From NCBI GenBank assembly GCA_028534125.1, contig CM052816.1:7132001-7196000 (forward strand): a stretch of 64,000 nucleotides of DNA, read 5' to 3'. The notes below the pieces were generated by a model. The model was not told where the DNA came from. It made no database searches and saw only the letters and a list, made by a program, of their open reading frames with translations. Source of the DNA: Lama glama. Taxonomy: Eukaryota. Shown here piece after piece: positions 48,301 through 60,183 of the stretch (within the stretch, counting starts at the first letter, position 1; the number at the start of each line of letters is the position of its first letter). The position numbers were made by a program, and so were the translations under genes.

Positions 48301-49019
48301 CAGAGAAGTGCCGTCTATCCTGGTACAATGGAGGAAAATGTGGCCACCGACAAGTTTCCATGGCCACCCTCCAGGACTATTTTTCTTTAAGAATGTAGAG
48401 CGCATTGACTCAGATTAGCAAGGGGATGCTGCCTACTAACTTCTCCTGTCAGAAAGGGGTAGGAAGGAGGAGGAGGAGGGACGGAAAAGAACCCTAGGAC
48501 ATCCGGGCTGGAAGGGCCCTTGCACATGATCTGGTTCAGCATCGCCCAAACTTGACTGATTAGCCAATCACCTTTGGCGACTCACCTTTTAAAAAATTAA
48601 CTAGATGTGCTGAGAAAGGATATTTAATAGCATCACCATAAATGGAAAAACCCATGCACCTCTGTCACAAATAGAAGGAAACTGTAAAACCGAACACAAA
48701 GGAGACAAAACAACTTTACTGAATTCCAGCTGGATGTAGTTTCCTGTGGAGGCTCTGAGCCAGAGACCTGCTCTCTGTTCAAAAGGGAGGTGGAGGAGGG
48801 TTAGAGAGGGGTTAAAGACAGGTTAGCACCAAACTGAGACTTTCTTTTATAATCAGGACTGAAAGACAACCAAGAAGAAGCAACTTTCTCCCTTGTCTTT
48901 CACAACCATTTAACATGTACCAGCTGAAATGTTCTTGCATAGCACAGGAATTCAGCATCAGAAGGACCTCTCCATCACTGAGCGCTCAACCTCTCTCCCC
49001 CTACAGGGTTCCCAGCACC

Positions 49020-49076
49020 ATGAGGGCCTGGATTTTCTTCCTCCTTTGCCTGGCCGGGAGGGCCTTGGCAGCCCCT
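49020..49076 (+). CDS. SPARC: SPARC exon 2 coding part (signal peptide); exon starts 49007
   Basis: ctacag|ggttcccagcaccATG; MRAWIFFLLCLAGRALAAP; donor gtaagt; 57 nt. Confidence 0.98.
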
Positions 49077-50025
49077 GTAAGTACCTAAAGATCCTATCAG
49101 CCTGTCTTACCTCCTACCACCAGCTCAAGGGCATCCAATCTGCCAGCCCTGGATACTTGGAGGGGATGAGGACTTCCCCATCCTGAGTTGATTGTCTTAT
49201 TTTTTAAAAAGATTTTTTTTCTTAAACTAACAAGCTCAGAAGAAAAATTAAATGACCATTGGGTGGAGAGTCCAGAGATGAGAGATTTCTAAGTAATGTG
49301 AAGATGAACTTCTTAGCAATCAGAGCTTCCCAGAGATGGACTAGAATTGCTTTAGAGGTGACCTTATTGTCCCATGAGGAATTCTAGCAGAGGGGGAAGT
49401 ACTGTTGGGGATGATGTTAGAAGAAGGTCAAGCCACAGAGAGAGGGCTGGGTGAGTTTCTGCATCAGTGGGGGCTGTTGGGTTGCAAGCCACAGACTCCA
49501 ATCTGACTAAATTAGTGGGGCAAAGGATATAGGGGTAGATTATAGTCAAAGGCCTGGGGGAGGCCTGGGAAAGGGCAGCTCTGGGATCTGGGAGGTGAGG
49601 TCTAATGGACAGTCACAGAGACGGTGCCATCTGAATGTATCTACGCTAATAGTTCTCTCATCTCGAGAGAATGTGCCAAGAAGATTGAAAAAATTCAAGG
49701 AGAGTAGATCTAGTTGAGCTTGGGTCCTGGGCCTGCTTCTTGGCCAGGGGAGTGGGAGGCACCTTGACAGATAGACAGGCCCTCCAAGGATCGCAGGCAG
49801 AGGGCCAGTTGTGGTCATACAGCGCTACCCTGGAAGCCAATGACCAGAAAAGGGAGGAAGAAAAGTGAAGGGGGCAAAAAGGTCAGTTTCTTTCAAACTG
49901 TGATTCCCCTCACTCTCTCTTCACTAGGAGGGGTGAGGATGGTAGACTCTGGCAATCTTGAGCAGGCAGGGAGATTTAGGCAAAAGATTTGGCAAGGTTA
50001 GCATTACTTTTAGAAGTAGCCACAA

Positions 50026-50116
50026 GGGGAAGGGCAGAGCTCAGTGGTAGAGGGCGTGCTTAGCACCTACAAGGTCCTGAGTCCAACCACTAATGCCTCC
50101 ATTAAAAAAGAAAAAG
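50026..50116 (+). mobile_element. tRNA-derived SINE (camelid Vic-1-like) in SPARC intron 2
   Basis: ggggaagggcagagctcagtggtagagggcgtgcttagcacctacaaggtcctgagtccaa + A tail; near-TSD agaagtagc / agaagcagc. Confidence 0.8.
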
Positions 50117-50595
50117 AAGAAGCAGCTCCAGGCAACCAGGCACCTCGAAGTCATATGTTATCTTGCTTCTTCCTACCCCAAGTTGATAACAAGAAGGAAC
50201 TGCCAAATAATAGTAGTAGTAGTAACATCACACTTGTGGGAAAGGTAATGACATCTTTTGAAATTCAGTGTGCATGCCCTCAGGGTCTCAGTTTCCCGTC
50301 TGTAAGATGGAGGGGAGTGGTCTGTATCAGTGGTTTTCACACTTTATGGGAGTCTCAGCAACAGAAATGCCTTTCTAAGCCAAATCCTGCTAGACACCCC
50401 AGACGTGAATATATTAAGTGAGGTGCTCTGGAGCTCCACCGGGCCCCCACGTTTGGCCCCTCTTGTGCCCTCATCGCCCACCCATTGTGGTCCCCAAGGC
50501 ACAGCTCCCAGTTCTAGTGATCCAGGCCAGGACACTTCAGCGGTGAAGCTGGCCTTGGCCCTGGCCTCTCCAACTCCATTTTCACTTCCTGACAG

Positions 50596-50658
50596 CAACA
50601 GGAAGCCCTGCCCGATGAGACGGAGGTGGTGGAGGAAACCGTGGCTGAGGTGGCCGAG
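50596..50658 (+). CDS. SPARC: SPARC exon 3 (acidic domain)
   Basis: gacag|QQEALPDETEVVEETVAEVAE|gtaagt; 63 nt. Confidence 0.97.
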
Positions 50659-51258
50659 GTAAGTGGGTGGTGACCCGGGACCCCCGGCCCCTCTCTGCCT
50701 GTATCTGCTCCTTGGGGAGACCAGACAGGTGCTAGCGGGCCGTTCGTCCCTTCCCGTGTGCACGCGCAGCACGGGTGTAATCCTGTGTACCCCCGATCCA
50801 GACACACTCCTGAATGCTCCCCAAACCTTCCATGGAAACTTACAGTTGGGAGCTCTGATTTTTAATTTTTTCAATTTTTTAAGCCATAGGACATTTTTTT
50901 CTCAGATGATCACCCATTGTCTTCCTGTATGTCAACCAGATGAAGGGGGGCTCTGGTGTTGCTGGCAGGGCTACAGGGCTTGGCACCCCTTCTGGCCCTG
51001 ACACCCCTGGTGGCCTCTGAGGCATTCCCATAGCACTCTGGGGCACTCCAAGCACAGTGGGTCCATCATATTAAATCTCCATTCTGGACCTGGCATTTGT
51101 GCTTTTAGTGGCTTGGGCCCAGCACAGCTTTCCAGTCTCATCTCTCACCATCCCCTTGTGGGTCCCTGAGGCTCTAGGCAAGTCCTCTCCAGCCCTGACC
51201 TCTCTCTTTCAAGTGTGGACTAGGGGACCTTTGACTCATTCTTCTCCCTCCACCCCAG

Positions 51259-51346
51259 GCACCTGTGGGAGCCAACCCCGTCCAGGTAGAAGTAGGAGAA
51301 TTTGATGACGGCACCGAGGAAGCCGAGGAGGAGGTGGCGGCTGAAA
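51259..51346 (+). CDS. SPARC: SPARC exon 4 (acidic domain)
   Basis: cccag|[29 protein letters not shown]+a|gtaggt; 88 nt. Confidence 0.97.
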
Positions 51347-52723
51347 GTAGGTCTCTTGCCCGAGTGCTGTCACATCCAGCCTTTGCCCTCTGCCACCTGG
51401 GCCTGGGGCATGGGCCCATCCTATGTGCGGTTCCTCCCCAAGGAAACGCAGGGCGGGGTCCTCCCTACAGGCTGGGCTGTGGAGGAGAAACTGCCTGGAC
51501 TTCAAGGTTGGGAATATTTTCAGGAATCTGGAAAGATCTATTTATAGCCAGGCCGCTGTGAGTGTCAGGAAGGGAAGTTCACAAGTTGGAAATGGCCCTC
51601 TCCCCTCACAGCTCTTCACTCTGAATCCAAGTGGGGTCTCCTATTCCGGATGAAGTCCCCAGTCACACCTGGTCCCTGAGCTCCTCGAGGGCTCTGCCTG
51701 GAAGCTTTCACACTCAGGAGCTTCCTTGATTTCCGCAAAGCCATGAGGAAATAAGGCCTGGAAACCTGACACAACTCATATAAGGCTACCCATGGGGTCA
51801 GATCCAGAGCGAGAGAGATGACCTTGGGCCCCTGGCTCCACCCACCATGAGGGCATCTCCATCCCATGGGGGCATTGTACTAGGGGTTAACAGGATGGAC
51901 TCCGGAGGCAAACCAGCTAAGGCTGCCGACTCCCTCTGTGACGCCCTCTGGCAACCTGCTAAGCTTTTCTCAGCCTCAGTGTCCTCCTGCCTGACATGGG
52001 GAATGAATGGTGAAGATGCTAGACCTTCACTCCAGGAAGGTCGGAGGATTAGGAAATAAAGCATAAGTGCCGTTGGCCCAGTGCCTGGCGGAGCAGGCAT
52101 CCGACAAAGGATGTCGACAACACCCCCGATCGAGCATCAGGAGGAAAAGGCTGGATGAGCTGTCATCCTGAAGCACAGAGTTTTCGGTGGAGCAGGGGGC
52201 TGTCTACTGAGTCGTGTTCCTTCCCCCGGCACACCCCCTATCCGGTGTTTACCGGACAGAGCCAGGCTCTATTGTTCAGCGTGGGCCTTGGGGCCCTTTT
52301 CCGCCACAGCCACTTGAGTCCGTTTTGTTGGGCCTCACGGCTCCCCAGTCAACAGCTGACTTTCCACGTCATTCCAGAAAGTCTATCCTAGAATCCAGAA
52401 ATGTCTCACTATGATTGATTGACTGGATAGCTTAGAATCTCACAATGCTTCAATCCTGGGGGGAGCTACCTGGCATCCAGTGCTCCTAGGTCCCAAACTG
52501 AGCCTCCAGCCCCCCGAGCGTGCCTGGCCCTGACCTCAGACTGAATCTCTGATCCCCAGACCAAGGCACCTGCTCCCCTAAGTGCCGACTGCTGGGTTCA
52601 GCAGAGGGAAGGGAGGACGCAGGGTTGGCCAAAGCCTGAGTTAGGGCCGCAGCCGACTGGACTGGGATAGGGTGGACGGGCCAGTCTTGGGGGTGCTCAC
52701 TGCATGCCCTTGTGCTCTACCAG

Positions 52724-52845
52724 ACCCCTGCCAGAACCACCACTGCAAACACGGCAAGGTGTGCGAGCTGGACGAGAACAACGCCCCCATGTGTGTGTGC
52801 CAGGACCCCACCAGCTGCCCTGCCCCCATCGGCGAGTTTGAGAAG
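52724..52845 (+). CDS. SPARC: SPARC exon 5 (follistatin N-terminal module)
   Basis: accag|(N)[40 protein letters not shown]|gtgagg; 122 nt. Confidence 0.98.
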
Positions 52846-53700
52846 GTGAGGACTGATGGACGAGGGGCAGGGGGCTGGGGCTCTCCAAACACAGAGTGTC
52901 TGCCCAGAAAACTGGTGGCTTGGTGGTCCCAAGCGGCAGCCCCTGTCTCAGAAGTCCCCTCACTAGATCTAGTCACGGCAAGAGAGTGGAGGTGAGTTAC
53001 GGGGAGGCTCCTCCTGTCACTGAATCTCTCCAGGAACCAGGAGGAGTGTATTCAGCACCAGGAGGTTCCACCTCTATGCCGGACCCAGGAGAGAACACAT
53101 CAACACCGGCCACTGAGAGAGGGGCTTGCTCCATGTGGAAGTGGCTTAGCAGAGCATCAGGTCCAACAATGTGGGTTCTAGGTCAGACTGAAGGTTGACA
53201 TCAAACCCAATCTCCATCACTTGTTAGAGTGAGATCTTAGCTATGGGAACTTCTCAAGTTTTCTCACCTCTAAAAGTGGGACAGAAATAGACTTTATCTC
53301 ATAGAGCTATTGGGGGGATTTGTCAGATACTGCCTGGTACTTAGTAAGTATTCGCTATGTGCTATTTTAAAAAATCTTTCAAACTTGTCCATTCTACCTC
53401 CAATAGGACTCATCCATCCATCCATCCATCCAAGTAAATATTTATTGAGCACACATGCACGTCAACCATTGTGCTAGTGGTAATTCAGCTCAGGGCAGCG
53501 AATCTGGTACCAGCATCATTCCCACGGCCTCCCACCTGTCTCCTCCATCTTCAGTCTCTCCCCAGTACAACTTATCCTCTGGGCTCCAAATTTTAGCATC
53601 CTTGTCAACTCTTCCCTCCTCCTCACTCCTTCACCCCCTAATCCCACGGTCACCCATGCCCATCAAGTCTCCCTCTGCAGCGATATATAAGCAATAAGTA

Positions 53701-54338
53701 TTTACAGGATATTCCCCGCAAAGCTCCCCTCCTCCTGACACAGCAATTTACTGCCACTGCCCTTGTTCAACCCACAGCATCTCTGCTCAGCCACCCCCAT
53801 GTACAGAGACTTGCTAGGACGACCAACGTAACTCAGCATACAGTTGTACTCACAGCTGAGACTTAAGGATACGTAGCTGGATGATGAGGGAACAAGACAC
53901 AGGCGGAGTCTGGACGAATCCACGCACAGACATTGTGCTAACTCTCTCCCCGCTGCGAGGGGTCTCAGAGAATGCACTCTTTCCCCAGCTACCAAGATGA
54001 GATGTAGCCACAGATGAGCAATGTTTCTGCCTGGGAAAGCCCATTACAGACTCAGCACTCAGCATTTAGTTGAGGGTCACGTGGGCACCTTCTGCCTAGC
54101 ATGTACCCAAACTCCAGACTCCGAGCAGGAAAACAGAGGTTCAGCATAAACTACATTGTTTGTACAAGCCGACTAGGCATAGTGAGCCACCTGCATGGCT
54201 TGTGGGAAGTTTTCTAACAGTAAAGTCTTCTAACTGATGACTAGCCAACTTCCCAGATGCCAGTCAAGGGCCAACCTTTTAAGCAGGTCTTTCTAAGGTA
54301 ACAATCCCAGGCCTACTGTATTAACTCTTTTCTGTACA
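53701..54338 (-). mobile_element. MER21-like LTR in SPARC intron 5, antisense
   Basis: Reverse complement begins tgtacagaaaagagttaatacagtaggcctgggattgttaccttagaaagacctgc...ggttggcccttgactggcatctgggaag. Left boundary approximate. Confidence 0.7.
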
Positions 54339-54636
54339 CCTTGCCCTTGCCCCATCCCACCTTTAATTCATCCTCTTCATACCTTCCAGGTTTGTTTGCC
54401 CATATATCAGCCCTGACTCTGCTCAGAGAGCAGGAGTGGCTCTCCGCATGGGCTGAACTCAGCTCGGGAGTCCAAAGAGCGGGTTCTTGCTGTGGCCCCA
54501 CCACTACCTCACTGTGTGACCCCAATCACGCTCCTTGCCTGACCCTCAGTGTCCCCATCTCTGAAATGGGCAAGGATGGCAGTACCAGTGAAGGGCCTTG
54601 GGAATGAGGGTGAGGAACTCTGTGCTTTGCCAACAG

Positions 54637-54757
54637 GTGTGCAGCAATGATAACAAGACCTTCGACTCTTCCTGCCACTTCTTCGCCACCAAGTGCACAC
54701 TGGAGGGCACCAAGAAGGGCCACAAACTTCACCTGGACTACATCGGGCCTTGCAAGT
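54637..54757 (+). CDS. SPARC: SPARC exon 6 (Kazal part of follistatin domain)
   Basis: aacag|[40 protein letters not shown]+t|gtgagt; 121 nt; NKT sequon and KGHK motif. Confidence 0.98.
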
Positions 54758-56469
54758 GTGAGTCTCCCCTTGGGCCCTGCCAAGCCTCCCATCTCAGGGA
54801 GAAGGCAGTGAACTGTCAGTGATGCTGGTGCTGCCACCCCTGTGCTGTGTGATCTTGGGCAAGTCTCTTCCCCTCTCTGAGCCTCAAAGTTCCTGTCTAC
54901 AAGTAGGTTCCTCTCAGCTCTGCATTCAGGACGCCTTGGGGGAAGGACTGAGCAGGTGTGGGAGCACACGATCAGGGAGGATTTCTGGAGCCTCTCACTA
55001 GCATCCAAGACAGCTCATTTCTTTTCTGTAATGATGAGGAAGTCCTTCTTTAGGGCTAACCCCAATCTTTCCTGCTTCAACACTGTAAAACAAAAATGAT
55101 GTTCTATCTGGGCCGAAAAAGTGTTTTAAAAATATGTGAATTTGAATGCCTTAAAATTGGGGCAAGCCTGTCAGTTCCCCTCAGGCCCAGTTACTCTATA
55201 CTGTCATATCCTTGGCCCTTTTGCTCCATTACATTCCTATCTGCCTGCATAAGACATATGATTAACCACCCTCTTCTATAAACTTGGGAGCCAGGTGTTT
55301 GGGAGAAGGGACACCAGGGTGTTGTCTGGCCTTTTGTTAGTGATGCCAGGTGCAGATTCAGCTGGCCCAGGTGCCTGCTTCAGTGTTGGCTGCCTCTCTG
55401 TCATGTGAAATAGCCAAGGCTACCTCTGCTCCCTCTCCAAGCCAACATCCACATGGTGCGTTTGGTACATTCTGGCACCAGATGACATGGGAGAGCCACT
55501 CACCTGCCTCAGGTGTGCAGAGTGCAGAAAGGTACAGGAGGGGAGAATCAGGTTCTCCTGGGACCAGCCCTGCGCTGATGGTGTGAAATGAAAAGGCACA
55601 GGCCTGGAGAGGGAGGCGGGGGAGGAACGTTGGTAGGAATTCTTGGGCAGTGAGACTGACATGTGTGCCAAGCAGCTCTTCCGTCCTCTAGGGCGCATCC
55701 CTTACTCCAGCTCCTGCTCCTCCATCCCAGACGTCCTCTCCCACCCCCCAGCTGCTGGCGAAGAACTTAGTGGTCCTAACCCCAGACGGGGCTTTCCACA
55801 GGCCAAGGATGGGGGAAGGACAGACCCCTAGGCCCCCAGGCACCCACATGCCCTGGTCCTGAATGAGGCTCTGACAATGTGGCCTTAAGCAAACCCCTTC
55901 TCTCCAGACCTCTAATAAATCTAATAAGAGGGTGGACCTGGATGTCATCTCCAGGTCCAACATTTTGGAATTCTAAGTTCCAAAGACCAGGATGGAATCG
56001 TATTGCTAAGGATGTTCTGGTGATTAAGCATTCCTGACCCTCCCACCCTCGCTCAGCACAGCCTGTGGATGGATACTACTCCTCAGCCTCCCAGCTTCAA
56101 ATACCTCCCAATGGCTGATACCCACGTCATGGGTCCTGGCCTCTGTTTTCAGGGCCCAACACCCAGAAAAGTGCAGCAGCCATTGGAGCGAACCATTTCC
56201 CTCAGCAGATCAGATCAAGGCCGAGGGAATAGCAGACGTGCCTTTGCACGTTTCCATTTGCAGAGCATTCTTCCCCACACACAATCTCCTTTGTTCAAAA
56301 GGTGGGAAGAAATTGTGGCCCAGAGAGGCTGAGCTACGGTGCCAAGATGGCTGATTGAAGTGGCTGCAGGAGGAGGGCACAGGGTGGGGAGAGAGGCCCG
56401 GCCAGCATGATGGCCATCAGGCAGGGAGAGTGGGGTCTGTGCTGACCACCCCTGTGTTTTGGGCCCTAG

Positions 56470-56603
56470 ACATTCCCCCCTGCCTGGACTCCGAGCTGAC
56501 GGAATTCCCCCTGCGCATGCGGGACTGGCTCAAGAACGTCCTGGTCACACTGTACGAGAGGGACGAGGACAACAACCTGCTGACCGAGAAGCAGAAGCTG
56601 CGA
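56470..56603 (+). CDS. SPARC: SPARC exon 7 (EC domain)
   Basis: cctag|(Y)[44 protein letters not shown]|gtaagt; 134 nt. Confidence 0.98.
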
Positions 56604-57262
56604 GTAAGTGGTCTCTTTCCAGCCTGTGCCAGGGCGCCTGCCTGGCCCTGCAGTGGACCCACCTTGGCCCCGGGCTGGCTCAGACCCACAGTCCCATTCC
56701 CAGATCTAAGTCCACATCCCTGCTCTGACAAATGCTTTCATCCTGGGCACCAGGGCATAGCATCCTCCTCGCTGCCTTGGGAGGCTCACAGGGCACATTC
56801 ACATCTTAAAGGCTCTGAGAAGTCCTGTACTGAAAAGACCTGCTCACTTTGTTTGGCTCGGTGTTAAACAAGAGACATAAACAACTCTATTCCTTTTTCC
56901 TTCTGAGTCTGTGGATCTTAAACTCTAATGGACATCTCAAGTGCTTGGAGTACTGTTAAAATGCAGCTCCCTGGGCCCCACCTCAGGCCTGCTGAATTAG
57001 CCTCTCTGTGAAGCAAGGCCGTGAAGCTGCATTTTAACATATGCCCCAGTCATCTCGACAGAGAGCCCTCTGAGATCACCCCGGGGCTCCACTCTTGTGG
57101 ATGAGATGCTGGTTCCCATCTGCGCCACTTCCTTCCCTCATTTTGAACCTTGGCCTTGGCTGGTCTTAGCCTGCTCTGGTCTCCCGTCAGAGGTGGGAGG
57201 GGCCTTCACTGGCCTGGACAGTCTCCCTGGACCCTTGTCACATGGTGTCCCTGCTCCCCCAG

Positions 57263-57411
57263 GTGAAGAAAATCCACGAGAATGAGAAGCGCCTGGAGGC
57301 CGGAGACCACCCCGTGGAGCTGCTGGCGCGGGACTTCGAGAAGAACTACAACATGTACATCTTCCCTGTGCACTGGCAGTTCGGCCAGCTGGACCAGCAC
57401 CCCATTGATGG
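57263..57411 (+). CDS. SPARC: SPARC exon 8 (EC domain, start of EF-hand 1)
   Basis: cccag|[49 protein letters not shown]+gg|gtaaga; 149 nt. Confidence 0.98.
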
Positions 57412-59464
57412 GTAAGACCCAGGCCCTCAGGAGCACGGGGGCTGCTCTGGCCTGGCCCAGGGGAGGACAGTCGTGGGTCAGGGCTGCCAGGCGCACTAGA
57501 CATGGCTGGAAGACCTCCCAGCGGACTCAGCTGCTCCCAGCCCTGGAGCCTAAGGGCTGGGGTAGGCAGGGACAGGTGTAGGAGAAGGGATGCAGAGCCA
57601 GGAGGAAGAAAGCCATGAGACACTACCCCCCTGCCAGAAGAGGCAGACTGCATCAGAACTGAAAACCCCTCCTTAACCCTGCTAGTGCCGGCCTTGGGTA
57701 TCCATTAACGCTTAGGAAAGAGAACCTGACTTTGCAGGGTAGCTGGGCTGAGGTGGGGCAGCCTGCACGCTCACAGTCCTTCAGCAAGACCCTGAGACTC
57801 AGCCCCAACAGGGCAACCTGGCCCCAGAAGTTCTTAAGAAGTTCACAGAGCCAGTCCTGCCCCCATGGCAAGCCCTTGGCTTGATGGCTCTCACGGCTCT
57901 TGTCAAAATGAGTTAGGAAGTGCTGTGTGACTGCCCTGCAGGACAGGCAGGGAGCTGTCAGTGAACACTTACTGAGTGTCTATGATGTGCCCAGCATGAT
58001 TCTAGGCAGGGGATTTAACAGCAGTCAGAACTGACACGGCCCTTGCGCCCATGGAGCTCACACTCTGGGTGATGATCTGCTTCTCACAATTGAAGGAAAC
58101 AGTAAAGAAGATTCCCACAAATTGCAGATGGTGGCTGGCGTATCTGCAGGCGAGCAGGGGTTGTTACCCTCACCTTCTGGCCTTTTTCTGCCGTGTGTTC
58201 TAAGAGGAGCACAGAAAGGAGGGCCCCCTGCTCTCACACTGTGCCCGAGGGCGCCCCTCTCCAGGAGGCTTACTGCGCCCTCCTGGTCCAGCCATTGTCT
58301 GGAGCCTGACCACCCAGTCTGCAATCCTGGGGAGCTGGGGCCTCCCCAGCTCTGGGAAAATCCCTGCTGCTCCTCTCCCAGGCTCTTTCTGTGGCTGGAG
58401 CCAACTGAGTCACCCTGTGGAGGGAACATCTGGTGCTCAGGCTGAGCAAGGAAGGGCCAGGAGGGAGGCTTCCAGATGGGACTGCAAGGACTGTGTGTCT
58501 GGGAAAGCGCTCCAGCTGGGTCAGGAGATCCATCCTCCCCCTGTTGTCCCAGAGCTGCACGGTGACCTTGACTGAGACCCTGCCCCTCTCTGGGACTCCG
58601 TTTCTCACAATGAAAGGGGATGGGGGCTTCCTTCAAGTTCAACCATTGTGAGATTCCTTCCACGAGTTGGGAGGAGCAGGAAGGCCTGGGGATTGGAGAG
58701 AAAATTGGAGTCACATTGCGGCCCCCAGGGGAAGAGGGTTTTGAGGACAATGAATTGAAGGCTCTGGGGAACAAGGGAAAAAAATCAGACAGTGCTCTGG
58801 AGTCCAGACCAGCTGGGAGAATAGGAATGGAGGACAGTGGGAGAGAAATCAGAAGGCTCCCTCTGACACATTACACGGTGTACAAAAGATTAAAGTTCCA
58901 TGAAGCTATGAGCTCCCTTTGACCCTCCCACTAATCCCAGTCCCTTCCCACGCTCCTCCCCAAAAGTCAGCACCATCATCATTTTGATCCTTCTCTTTTA
59001 GCCTTTTTGCTGTGCATTTGTATAAGTATGTGTCTGCATAAAACATGCCTTACTGTTTCATACCAGATTTTGACCTTCCACTCACAGAAGTGCTGAATAT
59101 TTTCATTTTAAATGTCTGTGCCCCCAACTCATAGCCAATCAGGAAACAATGAAATGCACCCAGAGACCTGTGTTATGAACCCATGGGCCTCAGAACTGGA
59201 AGAGCCCCCAGACTTTATGGTCTACTCCGGCCCCTTTGATGGAGGGGGAAACTGAGGCTCAGGGTGGGGCAGTGCTGTGCCCTAAGTCCCACAGCAGATC
59301 AGCGGCGGAGCTGGGGGTAGACCAGGACCCTGGCTTCCTGTTCTGCACTGAGCATCCTTTCCTTCCACCCTGGGAGAGGGGGGCAGGCTCGCTTCCCCTG
59401 TCTCCCCACTCGGGGGTGTGGGGCTTTCTCATGCCTCAGGCTCTCCCCACCTCATCCCCCGCAG

Positions 59465-59613
59465 GTACCTGTCCCACACCGAACTGGCCCCACTGCGTGC
59501 ACCCCTCATCCCCATGGAGCACTGCACCACCCGCTTTTTTGAGACCTGTGACCTGGACAATGACAAGTACATCGCCCTGGATGAGTGGGCCGGCTGCTTC
59601 GGCATCAAGGAGA
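59465..59613 (+). CDS. SPARC: SPARC exon 9 (EF-hands)
   Basis: cgcag|(G)[49 protein letters not shown]+a|gtgagt; 149 nt. Confidence 0.98.
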
Positions 59614-60006
59614 GTGAGTGTCTGAGCAGAGGGTCTGCCATCCTCTCCCTCCCTCCTCTCTGCCCATCTCTGCTCTCTGTGCCTGGTTAACTCTGGGCCT
59701 CGCTTGCTCACTCAGAGATGGTGTCTTTCTCTTTCCCTTCCTCCGCTTGCTCTGTGCCTAGCACTGCTTTGGGAACTCTCAGGCACCCAGGGAGGCAACA
59801 GGAAGTGTAACTTGGCAGCATGTGTAAGTGACAAGGACAGGCCAGGGACCGGGAGACCAAAGCTCTCAGGCATTGACTTCCTGGGTGACCTTGGACGGGT
59901 CACCCGGCCCCTGGTCCTGGGGATGGGTGGGATCCTCTGACCCCCTGGGAAGCACGTCTTCACCAACACTGGCCTTCGAGTCTAACTGCTCCTTCTTGCT
60001 TTGCAG

Positions 60007-60035
60007 AGGACATCGACAAGGACCTCGTGATCTAA
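60007..60035 (+). CDS. SPARC: SPARC exon 10 coding part
   Basis: ttgcag|(K)DIDKDLVI TAA (60033-60035); 29 nt. Coding exons sum to 912 nt = 303 aa + stop. Confidence 0.97.
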
Positions 60036-60143
60036 ACCCACGCCTCCTCCTGCAGAACCAGATTCTCTCTCTTTAACCTTCCCCCTCCTGTTTTCCCCAA
60101 TGTTTAAAATGTTTGGATGGTTTGTTGTTCTGCCTGGGGACAA

Positions 60144-60183
60144 GGTGCTAATATAGATTTCAATGAACACATTAACGGTGCTA
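60144..60183 (+). promoter_or_regulatory. Two miR-29 7mer-A1 seed matches (GGTGCTA)
   Basis: ggtgcta at 60144-60150 and 60177-60183; miR-29 5' end is UAGCACCA and miR-29 control of SPARC is established. Confidence 0.85.

Noticed and set aside
58058..58774. 238-aa ORF antisense in SPARC intron 8
   Set aside because: P/S/G-rich, crosses a MIR-like segment, non-ATG start.
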